From: Squalus acanthias
Taxonomy: Eukaryota
Assembly: GCA_030390025.1 (NCBI GenBank)
Contig: CM059431.1
Location: 147,188,001-147,252,000, forward strand
Length of the DNA: 64,000 bases
Direction: 5' to 3'
Shown piece by piece: positions 48,456 to 59,890 of this stretch (positions within the stretch are counted from its first letter, which is position 1; every line of letters starts with the position of its first letter). The position numbers and the translations under genes were made by a program. The notes beneath the pieces are model-generated. The model saw only the letters and a list, made by a program, of their open reading frames with translations. It ran no database searches and had not been told where the DNA came from.

Positions 48456-50224
48456 ACAATCACATCAGATTGAATGTGACCCAGTAATGTAACGGTTAAT
48501 TATTCAAGTCTTTGGTTTTTATTTAACATGTTATTTTTGGATGATGTGGTTGATTACACATCCCCTTCTCAGGATTGCAGCTGGGTGCAGAACATCGCTG
48601 ACTGATGGAATTAAAACCTGTGCCTGCTGCCTGACTCCTGCCTTAAATACGGTTGGCCGTCGGAATCCAGTTAAGTGAAAATGTGTCTCTTACACAGAAC
48701 TGCCCGCAATTAATGAGCAATTTCCCAGAAGCTGGATGCCAGCCGGATTGGCGGAGCCCGGGCTCCACGGGGCCCTTCAACCAAGAGGATTTTGGTTTTG
48801 GAGAACGTCTGGGTAAAGTGGAATGTTAAAGAGTGACGGGTAAAGCGGGCTCTTAATCACAGTTAATAACTGAAGCCCATTCACAATTGAAGTATATAGG
48901 CTATTGTCAGCACAAGGTTTTCAATAAGGTTCTTGAACATTGGAGTGAGGTGCCATAGGTTTATTAAACACATAATACATGCAGTAGTACTTACACACAC
49001 ACTCGAAAGGTAAAAATTAGAACCACACCTGATGGTGGTTGGTGTGGTGACCAAAACATGTCACAGTCCTGAGCTCAGTATCGGAGGCCTTTACCAAACC
49101 GAATACTCATTCAAAACTGTTAGTTTTTATTCATTTTTCTTACTCCCGGTACTTGAAAATCCTCACAATTCTGCATTATATAATTATATCAAAGTTAAAA
49201 TAAAACTCCACGTAAAGATAAGTTAATTGATTTATCTGAAAGATTATTTCACTCATATAATTGCAATGGTACCAAGTGAAACCTTTAATAGTGAGACTGT
49301 CTGTCTCGGTATCTAAAGTCCTATTTGAAAATGATGACGGATGTCCAGATGGTTTCCTTTGCAAAACTAACTCTCTTCCCAAACTGTTACCAAAGAAAGA
49401 AAGTTTCCTGGAATTGATGAATCTGTTTGCAATGGTATGTATTTAATTAAATAGCTTATTACTTCATCCTGAAACTAACCATTGCGGCAGGGTCAGCCCT
49501 GGCCCATTAGCCCAGCGGTACTTTAAATAGACTTGTACTTCCGGCTTAACAGGAAAATGCTGAAGATTAACATTAATACAATAGAAAGAAAAAAGGAGAA
49601 ACCAACACAGTATAATATTAGCGTACGTCAGGCTAGTCTGATTAACCCTTTCCTTACAGCACCCTCTTTGCTGACGTTAGAGTATTTCAGGTCATCACTA
49701 AACCATATCTCCTCAGCATCATAGATCTATCTCGGCCTATTCTATTGCTGAGATCTCCATCCATTGGCTTGACGCATGTTCTCACTCTCCAGAGACACAT
49801 TAACCATTTCATGTAGTACTGTTGTCTGCGTGACTGACCATGTTTTGGATCCGTTCTCCAGAGTAACTTCATCACGCATAGAGCATGCTGGTTGCTTCAT
49901 GTACAACGCGTCACTTCTGCAAACACAGCGATATCCCAGGATCTTACAGTGCCAGACATCCGATACAAGCCATTCCTGCCCCTTCTGTCTATCTATCGAT
50001 GGATCGAGGTTCGGTCGGTGATTGATTAGGATCGCCCTTGCAGGGTCCCGATGTTTCGCGTATTTGCCAGGCTATCAAGTATATTACTTTCTTTCTTCAT
50101 CTAAAGCAAGGACACAACCATCTCCAAGAGAAAGCTAGAAATTAACCAACTTCACTACAGTGTCCTGACTTTCACTGGACTGTACATTGATACCAGACTC
50201 ATATCTTTTGGCGAGTCCTACCCA

Positions 50225-50560
50225 GGTGGTTTACAATAAGAAGGGATGGGACAGGATAGATGGAAGCGAAACTTTCCGTTATTTCAAGGATCAAGAACTA
50301 ACGGTCAGAGATAAAATGGTAAATGTAAGAGATTTAGAACTAAAGATAAGAGAAGCCTCTTTACATGGAGAGTTGTGAGACTGTGGATATAACGGAGGCA
50401 GAAGTTATATCAATATTGAAGATTAAATTGCATATGTGGCTGAATGTAAATAGGTTGAAAGTATGTTGAGACCGTGTGCGTGAAGCCATTGGAACTATTT
50501 GCTCGGGTGGAGGTTAAAAGTCGACAAGGACTGGTTGGGTCGAATGGACTGTTGTAACAT
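50225..50560 (+). mobile_element. Decayed CR1 3' fragment
   Basis: aagggatgggacaggataga...agagttgtgagactgtgg...gttgggtcgaatggactgtt. Confidence 0.55.
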
Positions 50561-51123
50561 TCCAACATTGTGATGACCAGTTGAGATTTTCAGTAAATAT
50601 CTGTGAACAAAGATGTCTAATGCCACATTGACGATTCAAGTTCTTACTGTCTCCATCATTAGACACTGATCAGGAGACAGGGCCCCGTTCTATTGGTCCA
50701 GGAGAAAATGGAAGGCGGAGTTTGATGGGGAAGAAGCGCCTGCACCATTCATACCGAGATTACAGAATTACAGATAACCACCATTGTAACACATTGTTTC
50801 TACACTAATGGAAACTTTTTGTGTTAATTAAACTGAGCGACTCATTCCAGTACCTGCGGTGTGAAGCAGTTAACGCTGACGCCCACATGTTCTACTCCAC
50901 TGTTGAAGCTCAATCATGACCGTTCTCTTTGAATTTTGAGCGGGAAGTGCGCTGTTTTAGCAGGAATTGATTATGTTCACCTTGGAAAGCAGTAGACATC
51001 AAACACACGGCACAAAGTGGGAGAGATGTTTTCTGATACCTGTTCATTCTAACAACAGCAATCTGCTTTCGTCCTAACAGAAAGACAGACATTCTAAAAT
51101 AGAACACGGGCTATAATTTAACT

Positions 51124-53628
51124 CTAGTTAGGACAGGAAGCTTTGGTTTGACTTTTCATTTTTTTAACCAATATCCGAATAAATGCCCAAGGAGATTTCA
51201 ACAGCTTCTTCAGCTCTTCCCTGAATTTAGTTTGTGTAGCTGCATAAATACAAGTATTTGTACAGGAACTCAAATACATCAGCATAGATCCGGTTAGACT
51301 GGTGATGTAAGCAGGCGATATGTAATCGCCTCGGTGATGGACGGCTAGGGTGTTAACTATAAAACTCACGGCAGACGTCAGCCACAACAATACAAAACTG
51401 CCCGATACTGTGAACAGTAAAATTATGGATTTCCTTCGGCTCTCCATCTCTGGATCGCTCTTATTCTCACTGCTGTGACCCCGGAGTCCCCTGCGGGCTC
51501 TACTGGCCACTAAAATACGCCTGACTGTAAAACAATTAAAAAGTAATATCAAAAGAAAAGGAAGCCATGGGTTTAAAATGTTTTGTAAGCGGAAGTAGGC
51601 TACACCTGCAGGTGATGAATAAAAGTCCGCACTGGGGCGGAATCCCCAGGGAACATTGTTGATTATTTGTTTATGTTCATATGCAAACAAATAGGGGATG
51701 TTCTCTAAATAAACCAGGACAGAGACCGTTGTTATAACCGCGGCCGCAGTTCTCACGGTGCAATAATTTGTTTTAAACTTCTGACAACATATAGCAATAA
51801 AACGGTCAAATGTGAAGGAGACGGTAAACCACACAGACATATCCAGGTTGGTACAAGACATGTACATCATGAACTTACATACGGCAGTGTAGGACAGGAA
51901 TGAATATGGGAAGTGTTTACTCAAAATATGATATACGATTACATTGACGATCATGACCAGTAGATCTGCTGTTGCCATGGCCACCATGTAGACAGAGATA
52001 CATTTTGAAAGGCCGCATTTTCCTCTGGAGAGAATCACCATTGTCAATAGGTTCGCTGTAAGAAAGAGGGACAAGAGTAAGTAATGGGGAAACTCGGATA
52101 AATCTTACAGCGTATTGTGAGGAGATGAACCGATGTGCTACTACTGAAGTTTATGCACAAGTTATTATACAGACGAAAATTGACAATAGACCTTTTCAAA
52201 CGAAAGTACTCATTAAACACTCAATATCGAGGGGCTGAGAATGTGCCGTCCTTCCAGCACACTTCAGTCAGAGTGTGTCAAGTTGGTGGGTAGGGGTTGG
52301 TGCTGGGAGGGTCGCTCGTATTCAGTATCGGCAATGGTAACGGATAGCAACCCCCAACACCACCGACACTGATGGCTGAACGGAGGGGAATGTTGACTTT
52401 GGGCGACAGTGTAAAACGGCCGACTCCGGATCAGCCGTTCATGATACATCTCTTCCGAATCAATCGCTATCGCTATCGCCACTGACACTATAGTCATCCA
52501 TAAAAACATAAAATTCTGGAAATACTCAGCAGGACAAGCATTATCTGTGGAGAGGAAAACAAAGTTAACGTTCCATGTTGAAACCATTCGTTTGAAATCC
52601 ATTGAGACTCCATTCACACTTTAACGGTGCGGTCCAGGTCAAGCCGCAGTACCTCGCAGGGACGGTACAGATACAGATTAATGTCCCTTAAAGGGCAACC
52701 TTGAATGGTTCTGTAACTTGTTAATTTTCACAGTCAATAAAGAAGCGGATTCCCTTACATACACAAAAAACACATTCCATTGCAGTGTGGAGCGCTGAAA
52801 CCATCCCGCCATGAGGCTGGGACCATTTGATGCACCGAGCCAATTTGATGAGTTACTACAGCGGCCCCAGGGAGCAATCGATGGAATTTTACATTTAATC
52901 TCATCGGTTTAATTGTCGAGGGGGATCTCGGGAGCGGCATCAGATGTCAGCTATATTCAACATAATTTAAAAACAATTACTGGAAAGATATGAATTTAAA
53001 TAATACATTCAGCTGTGCCACAAACACTCGATGTAGGTCGAAACTCTGCGCTTTTTCTATTTATAATGGCCCCGAGGAAGCTGCTCGGTAACAGAGCGGG
53101 AGCTGGTGGAGCCGCGAAGTTTCTTTGCAGCCGAAGGGAGGGGAGCAGCTCCCTGAGCGGCAATTATTGCTCCAAATATCATTCACAGTCCTTTGATGGG
53201 TGGAGGTGGCTGCAGTTCAAGGAATTATCAACCTAAAGTAGACAGGGAACAACGGGACAGATGAAATGATTACCATGGACAGTAAGCAACACATTCTTAA
53301 GTGATCTATGTACTATTGGAGGGGCCGGGGAATCAGCCTCGCCCTCCCTCAGTAGACGGAGCGAAGTTGAGCTTCCGGTGGCCACGATCGAGCGACCAGA
53401 ACAGGCCTCAGCGGCCGCGCGGACTGTTCGGTTTCCCGCTGATATTCACCGACTGATCCCGCTGGATGAATGACTCTGCAATGAGGACATGCTCGGAATC
53501 TGTTACATTAACACTGTGATAGTCAACAGTTATTAGACAACACAATACATTGACTTACCGGGAGCCCCAAAGGTTGCGAGAAATGGGTAGTAAATTTGCT
53601 TTATCTGTAGAATTGTTGGCAGTTCCAT
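51124..53628 (-). CDS. GPR139/GPR142-like class A GPCR, two coding exons (53628-53559, 52055-51124), 333 aa
   Basis: Exon 1 encodes MELPTILQIKQIYYPFLATFGAP+G, then the donor GTAAGT. Acceptor tccctctttcttacAG at 52056-52057. The phase-1 junction gives ...GAP-A-NLLTMVILSR. Seven hydrophobic segments with MATADLLV, FTFDRFIAICC, TNTCIY. No internal stops. Confidence 0.93.
52500..52600 (-). mobile_element. Penelope pLTR remnant in the GPCR intron
   Basis: aaaattctggaaatactcagcagg..atctgtggagagg..agttaacgtt parallels 28281-28355. Confidence 0.7.
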
Positions 53629-53703
53629 TTAAAAAACTGTGCGAAATCTGTCCAGCTTTACGGTTCGGACTGGAGTGTATCTGAGATCGGTAAATACTCC
53701 TCA

Positions 53704-53709
53704 TTTATA
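53704..53709 (-). promoter_or_regulatory. Candidate TATA box of the GPCR gene
   Basis: cTATAAAtga on the minus strand, ~75 nt upstream of the ATG. Confidence 0.5.
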
Positions 53710-53999
53710 GAACAATCTGTGACCCGTTCAGAAAAAACATGTTACACAATAAGTGGCGTTAGTTACAGTCACTTAACAAACAAGGGGCGATTTTACGCTT
53801 CAGTGCGCTGGCCCGCTGTGGGAAAATTGTACGGAAAGTAATCCCAGATGGAATTTGCCCTGCGCATGGGCCCTGAACGCTGAATGGAACATCCCTCCTG
53901 AACTCTGCGTTAGGTTCTTGAGTTTTCAAATCCATTCTCTGAAAATTTTACTCATTCATGGCATAAGCTAAATTTGTATTTTTACTGTAATGATGCCAA

Positions 54000-56412
54000 G
54001 TGATGACTCCGCTTTAATATTACTGGAAATGATTTATCGCAAACAATACTGCCGATGATTCATCGCTAACATTACCAGTGATGACTCCTCTCTAACATTG
54101 CTGGCGGTGACTCTACTCTAATATTAATGGCGATGAGGCTACGCTGACTTTAATGCTGGTGATCGTATTCTACCGTTACTGGTTTTGATCCTATTCTACC
54201 ATTACTGGTGGTGATTATAATCTAACATTACCGCTGGTAACACAACACAAAAAAAATTGTTGAGGACGCACTTTAACATTATTGCTGGTTAAGTTACTCT
54301 AAAATTACTGGTGTTGATCCCACTTGTAATTGCTGGGAATGACCCTACTCCAACATAATAATGGTGACCATACTCTAACATTACTGTTCCTTGGCCCTAC
54401 TCTAACATTACTCTGGTAACATTACACTAACATTACTGGTGGTGACCCTACTCTAACATTACTGGCGGCGATCCTACTCAAAAAATACTGGCGGTGAACC
54501 TATCTAACATTACAGGTTGTGATCATACTGTAATATTACTGGTGGGGGCTTTACGTTAACATTATTGGTAGTGACTGTAATCTAACATTAATGGTTGTGA
54601 CACGACATTAACATTACTGGTGGTCACCCTACTCAAAAATAACTGGCGGTGAACCTATCTAACATTACAGGGAGTGACTATACTGTAATATTACTGGTGG
54701 GGGTTCTACGCTAACATTATTGGTAGTGACTCTACTCTAACATTACTGGTGGTGATCCTAATCTACCATTACTGCTGGTTACCCTAATCTATCATGACTG
54801 GTGGTGACTCTACTCTATCATTAATGGCGGCGCCCCTCCTCTAACATTACTGGTGGTGACCCTACTCTAACATTAATGGTGGTGACTCTACACTAACATT
54901 ACTGGTGGTGACCATACGCTAACATTAATGGTGGTGACTCTACTCTAACATTACTGGTGGTGACCCTACCTATCATTAATGGTGGTGAACCTACTCTAAA
55001 ATAAATGGCGGTGCCCCTACTCTGACATTACTGGTGGTGGCACTACGCTCACGTTTTTGGTGGCAACTCTACTCTGACTGTACTGGTGGTGACTATAATC
55101 TAACATTACTGGTGGTGACCCTACTCTAACATTAATGGTGGTGACCCTACTCTAACATTACTGTTGGTGACTTCACTCTGACATTACTGTTGGTGACAGT
55201 TCTGCAACATTTCTGGTGGTGACTCTACTCTCACATTAGTAGTGGTGTCCCAACTCTAACATTAATGGTGGTGACCCTACTCTAACATTAATGGTGGTGA
55301 CCCTACTCTAACATTACTGGTGGTGACCCTACTATAACATTAATGGTGGTGACCCTACTCTAACATTAATGGTGGTGACTCTACACTAACATTACTGGTG
55401 GTGACCATACGCTAACATTAATGGTGGTGAATCTACTCTAACATTACTGGTGGTGACCCTACCTATCATTAATGGTGGTGACCCTACTCTAAAATAAATG
55501 GCGGTGCCCCTACTCTGACATTACTGGTGGTGGCACTACACTCACGTTTTTGATGGCAACTCTACTCTCACATTACTGTTGGTGACTATAATCTAACATT
55601 ACTGGTGGTGCCCCTACTCTAACATTAATGGTGGTGATCCTACTCTAACATTACTGTTGGTGACTTCACTCTGACATTACTGTTAGTGACACTTCTGCAA
55701 CATTTCTGGTGGTGACTCTAATCTCACATTAGTAGTGGTGTCCCAACTCTAACATTAATGGTGGTGACCCTACTCTAACATTAATGGTGGTGACTCTACA
55801 CTAACATTACTGGTGGTGACCATACGCTAACATTAATGGTGGTGACTCTACTCTAACATTACTGGTCTTGACCCTACCTTTCATTAATGGTGGTGACCCT
55901 ACTCTAAAATAAATGGCGGTGCCCCTACTCTGACATTACTGGTGCTGTCACTACGCTCACGTTTTTGATGGCAACTCTACTCTCACATTACTGGTGGTGA
56001 CTATAATCTAACATTACTGGTGGTGACCCTACTCTAACATTAATGGTGGTGACCCTACTCTAACATTACTGTTGGTGACTTCACTCTGACATTACATTTG
56101 GTGACACTTCTGCAACATTTCTGGTGTTGACTCTACTCTCACATTAGTAGTGGTGACCCTACTCTAACATTAATGGTGGTGACTCTACTCTAATATTACT
56201 GGTGGTGACCCTACACTAACATTACTGGCGTTGACCCTACTCTAACATTACTGGCGGTGACTCTACTATAACATTTCTGTTGGTGACCCTACTCTGACAT
56301 TACTGGTGGTGACCTACTCTAACATTACTGGTGGTGACTCTACTCTAACATTACTGGCGGTGACCCTACTCTAACATTACTGGTAGTGAACCTACTCTAA
56401 CATTACTCTAAC
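54000..56412. repeat. 26-bp minisatellite (CCCTACTCTAACATTAMTGGTGGTGA)
   Basis: attaatgg at 55261 and 55287 (period 26). Degenerate left edge, homogeneous centre. Confidence 0.96.
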
Positions 56413-56797
56413 AGACAGTCTTAAGTTTAACATGCCCTAAATTTCCTGAGTTCCATTTTCTTGCTTTCTATATTTACTGTGTCATTTTCTCTGCAATTAT
56501 TGTTTCCTATTATTCTGGTTTCACTTGTTCCTCTTGCTTACTCTCTCCTAAGTTTCCTTATTCGTGTTCCCTGTGTTTCCTTTGCTTCCTCTGATAGCTC
56601 AAGTCCAAAGAAAGTTTGAGGGAACCAAAGTGCTAATTCAAAGGGAGCAACACGTGCCCCCAAATAAACAGGGTCTCCTAAGTCAGAATTACATAGAAAT
56701 TACAACATGGAATCGGCCCAACCATTCCGTATAGTTGATAATTCACTCCAAATTACATGTGCCCAACTGGTTCCCATATCACTTTATCCCACTTTAC

Positions 56798-57080
56798 TTT
56801 TTTTATTCGTTTATTGGATGTGGGCGTCGCTGGCGAGGCCTGCGTTTATTGCCCATCCATAATTGCCCTTGAGAAGGTTGTGGTCAGCCGCATTCTTTAA
56901 CGGCTGCAGTCCGTGTGGTGAAGGTACTCCCACAGTGCTGTTAGTAGGCAGTTCCAGGATTTTGACCCAGCGACGATGAATGATCGGCGATATACTTCTA
57001 TGTCAGGATGGTGTGTGACTTGGAGGGGAACTTGGAGAAGGTGGTTTTCCCATGCGCCTGCTGCCCTAGGTGGAGGATGT
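56798..57080 (-). mobile_element. LINE family B 3' end
   Basis: tttttattc..ggatgtgggcgtcgctggc..tttattgcccatcc parallels 16710-16990. Confidence 0.8.
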
Positions 57081-57189
57081 CGCGTGTTCAACCACCTATC
57101 TAATCTATTCATAACCGTTGACATTTTTAAACATCATTGCCAATTACTGCGGATCAAGGTTGCCATGAGAAGGTGATTTGAATGAACAA

Positions 57190-57516
57190 TCTATGTTGCC
57201 GGAGACTTCCCGACGGGACGTTAAATCGATGCCTTCTCTGAGCTCTTGGGTGGTCGTTAAAGATCCCATGGTACTATTGAGAAGAAGAGCAGTGGAATTC
57301 TCCCCGGCGATCTCGCCAACATTTAACCTCAAAAAACAACATGTAAACAGATTATCTGGTGATTATTACAGTGTGGGAGTGTGCTGGGCCCAAATTGTCT
57401 ACCACATGTACTGCACTACAACAGTGACCGCACCGCAAGAGTACTGAATTGGCTGTAAATTGCGTCGTGATATCCTGAGCTCGTGAAAGGCGTTCTATCA
57501 ATTCAAGTCTTCCTTT
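57190..57516 (+). mobile_element. Decayed Deu-domain SINE
   Basis: aagatcccatggtactattgagaagaagagcag..ttctccccgg...gtgaaaggcgttctatcaattcaagtcttccttt matches the reverse complement of 27560-27860. Confidence 0.65.
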
Positions 57517-57884
57517 GATAAGCATATAACAGAAAACTGCTCTCGGATTGTGCAGGACAGATTAAGCAGGGAGCATTTAATGAATGGTGATGTGACTGAG
57601 GAGAGCGGGCACATTGAGCGCTGGGCAGCAAACAAACACACAGAGGACTGAGCTACAACGTCCAATCAACATGACGTTTCAGGCTCTAATGCTGCAGCTA
57701 TGATGTGCTCCAGTCAGGACTGACCCTGGGTATTGACCTTATTTCTGGTCACTCATGTACAAAGGGAGCATCCACTCCTGGGAGCCGGATAGAGGGAGGC
57801 CGCTAGGCCGCGAGCCAGAGTCAGAGAGCTCGGCCACGAGGAAAGTGCAGCGAAAAGTCACATTGTTAAAACTTAATGTCGGTG

Positions 57885-58380
57885 CAAGAACATACAAATA
57901 TAGGAAAAGACCAGCTGGTCCAGCAATCCTGCTTCCACAGCCTTGTGGCTTCAAGGCATTCAACCTCCATGTAATCTCCTGGGAACGGTGAAATACTAGG
58001 AAAGAAACAGGTCCAATAACGGGTGAAAATCCTCCCGGACATGCTCAGGCGATCGAAACCATTCCAGTAGATCACAGGGGCCATGCGCACGTTAATAGTT
58101 AAAACATTTACATTTAATATGAGGCGATCTCTGGCCCAGCCAAGAAAAGACCAGCTCCCTGCTGAAGGGATGCAGAGAGTCAGCACACACCGCACAAAAT
58201 GGCAACGCAATACAGACGCTCACTGCTCTCTGGGAAAGCCGAGCACCAGCCTATTCCAACCCTAGTGTAAATTAAATGCGTGTCGCCTGGTTCTCTTCAT
58301 CCTCTCAAACTGAAATAACCTATCATTCGACACTCTATCCTTGGCTTTCATTATTTTATATAACTCTCAGGTCGCCTCCA
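57885..58380 (-). mobile_element. Decayed CR1 3' end
   Basis: aagaacatacaaatataggaaaagaccagctggtcc tail. cctggttctc..aaataacctatc..ctctatcc..cattattttatataactc. Confidence 0.5.
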
Positions 58381-59890
58381 AGACTGTGGACCTGTGGAGT
58401 TAGGCAAGGTAAACAAGGGGTGGTAAACAATAAATATCTTAATCAGGTTTAAGGGTACAGAGCGGTAAAGGACCAGAGATTGGACCATGTGTCAATGCTT
58501 CTTACTTTTGCTGACTGATCACTGAATTGATATTCTGGGTCGGGATCGGCGGAAGACTGTTGAATCGTCCAAGGAGCAGCTAGAGGCGGTGATGGATTGT
58601 TGGCCCAGTGGATTGATCTGCTCGATGGACCGAACGTCATGCCCCATCCGGACTTATCTGAGTGAACCAGGGATTCGCCAGAGTTGTGAGCGGGCAAGGA
58701 AGAGGTTGAACATTAACTAGAGAATCGGTAGTTAGTGGCACTAAGCGGTTAATAAGGGACTTGAATATAACTATTTAATGAATAAGGCAGCACCTCTGAG
58801 GATTAGCCATATTTATATTATTGATTGATCTTAACTAGTTGTTGTTTTTGACAGAGGACAGAGCTACATTAATAGATTCATAATATGTTTGTTATAGTTA
58901 CTTTGAGACTGTACATGGAATGTTTTTTCGTGGATTGTAGTTTAGCTATTTCATTAGACACCGATAGTTTAACCAAGTCTTCAAATATAATAAGTTACTA
59001 AATTAAACATGGCAGCGAGGAGTGACTACATATTTGATTAAAACTGACATTAAACAGAGCATTGAAACCTTAACAACAGGCTCCGTTTAAACTATTTCAA
59101 TTAAACAGAAGATAAAGGGTGTTGACCCGAGCCAGCTGCTGGATTTGGGTGGGCGGCGATTTAAAGATCCTGTTGGACAGGAGCCCAGAGGGATTAAACA
59201 GATGCTGTGAGCAGGCTCGCACACACGGTCTGTCACTCACACATGGACTTACAACGCCTGCTGCTTTACATAACGGGCCAGTATTATGGTCTGGTCAGCT
59301 GTGAGCCTGCTTGTCACAGGCCAGGCTGAGGGATTCTGCAGAGCTCCCAGCACGGTCAATGTCAGGAAGGCTGAGGCTGCGATCCGCTTCTAACCCCTTG
59401 GAGAGCGTGAGCCTCTCCATTAATGAGATGATCCTCAGGGAATGTCACTTGCTCTACACGGACTCAAAGCACGGTAAGAAACTGGGGGCAAGCGTTTTAG
59501 GGACAGCATTAAGATATATTTTCAACATATATTTACAACACACGGCCCAGTCCCTTCCCCGCGTGTGTGAAAGGCAGCAACTGAGAGCTTTATTTCGGTG
59601 TTTCTGAGTCACTCGGCTCTCGGGTTTAATTCTGCCTGAGTTGGCACCAATTCAACTTTATGATGTTGCTTTCAGCAGGACTTTGTCAGAACTCGCTCTG
59701 AGAGCGTTGTTTGTTTGAGACATTTTTCTTTCAAGAATATTTAAATATATCTATAATGATTCAGTCATGTATCTGTAAATTTTGAAGCACGAGCTCTGTG
59801 ATTTACTCCAGCTTTAAGGATTCTTGTTGCTGATAAAGCACTGGCTCCGTCTGGTCTGGGCACAGCAGTGCAGAAGAAAGAGGAAGGATC

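Noticed and set aside
52056-52074. TTG start of the 316-aa GPCR ORF
   Set aside because: It lies in the intron polypyrimidine tract; the real start is the ATG at 53628 in exon 1.
5260-59607. The many 60-170 aa ORFs in the track
   Set aside because: They are frameshifted LINE/Penelope fragments, their antisense frames, or ORFs with no recognisable homology or splice context.
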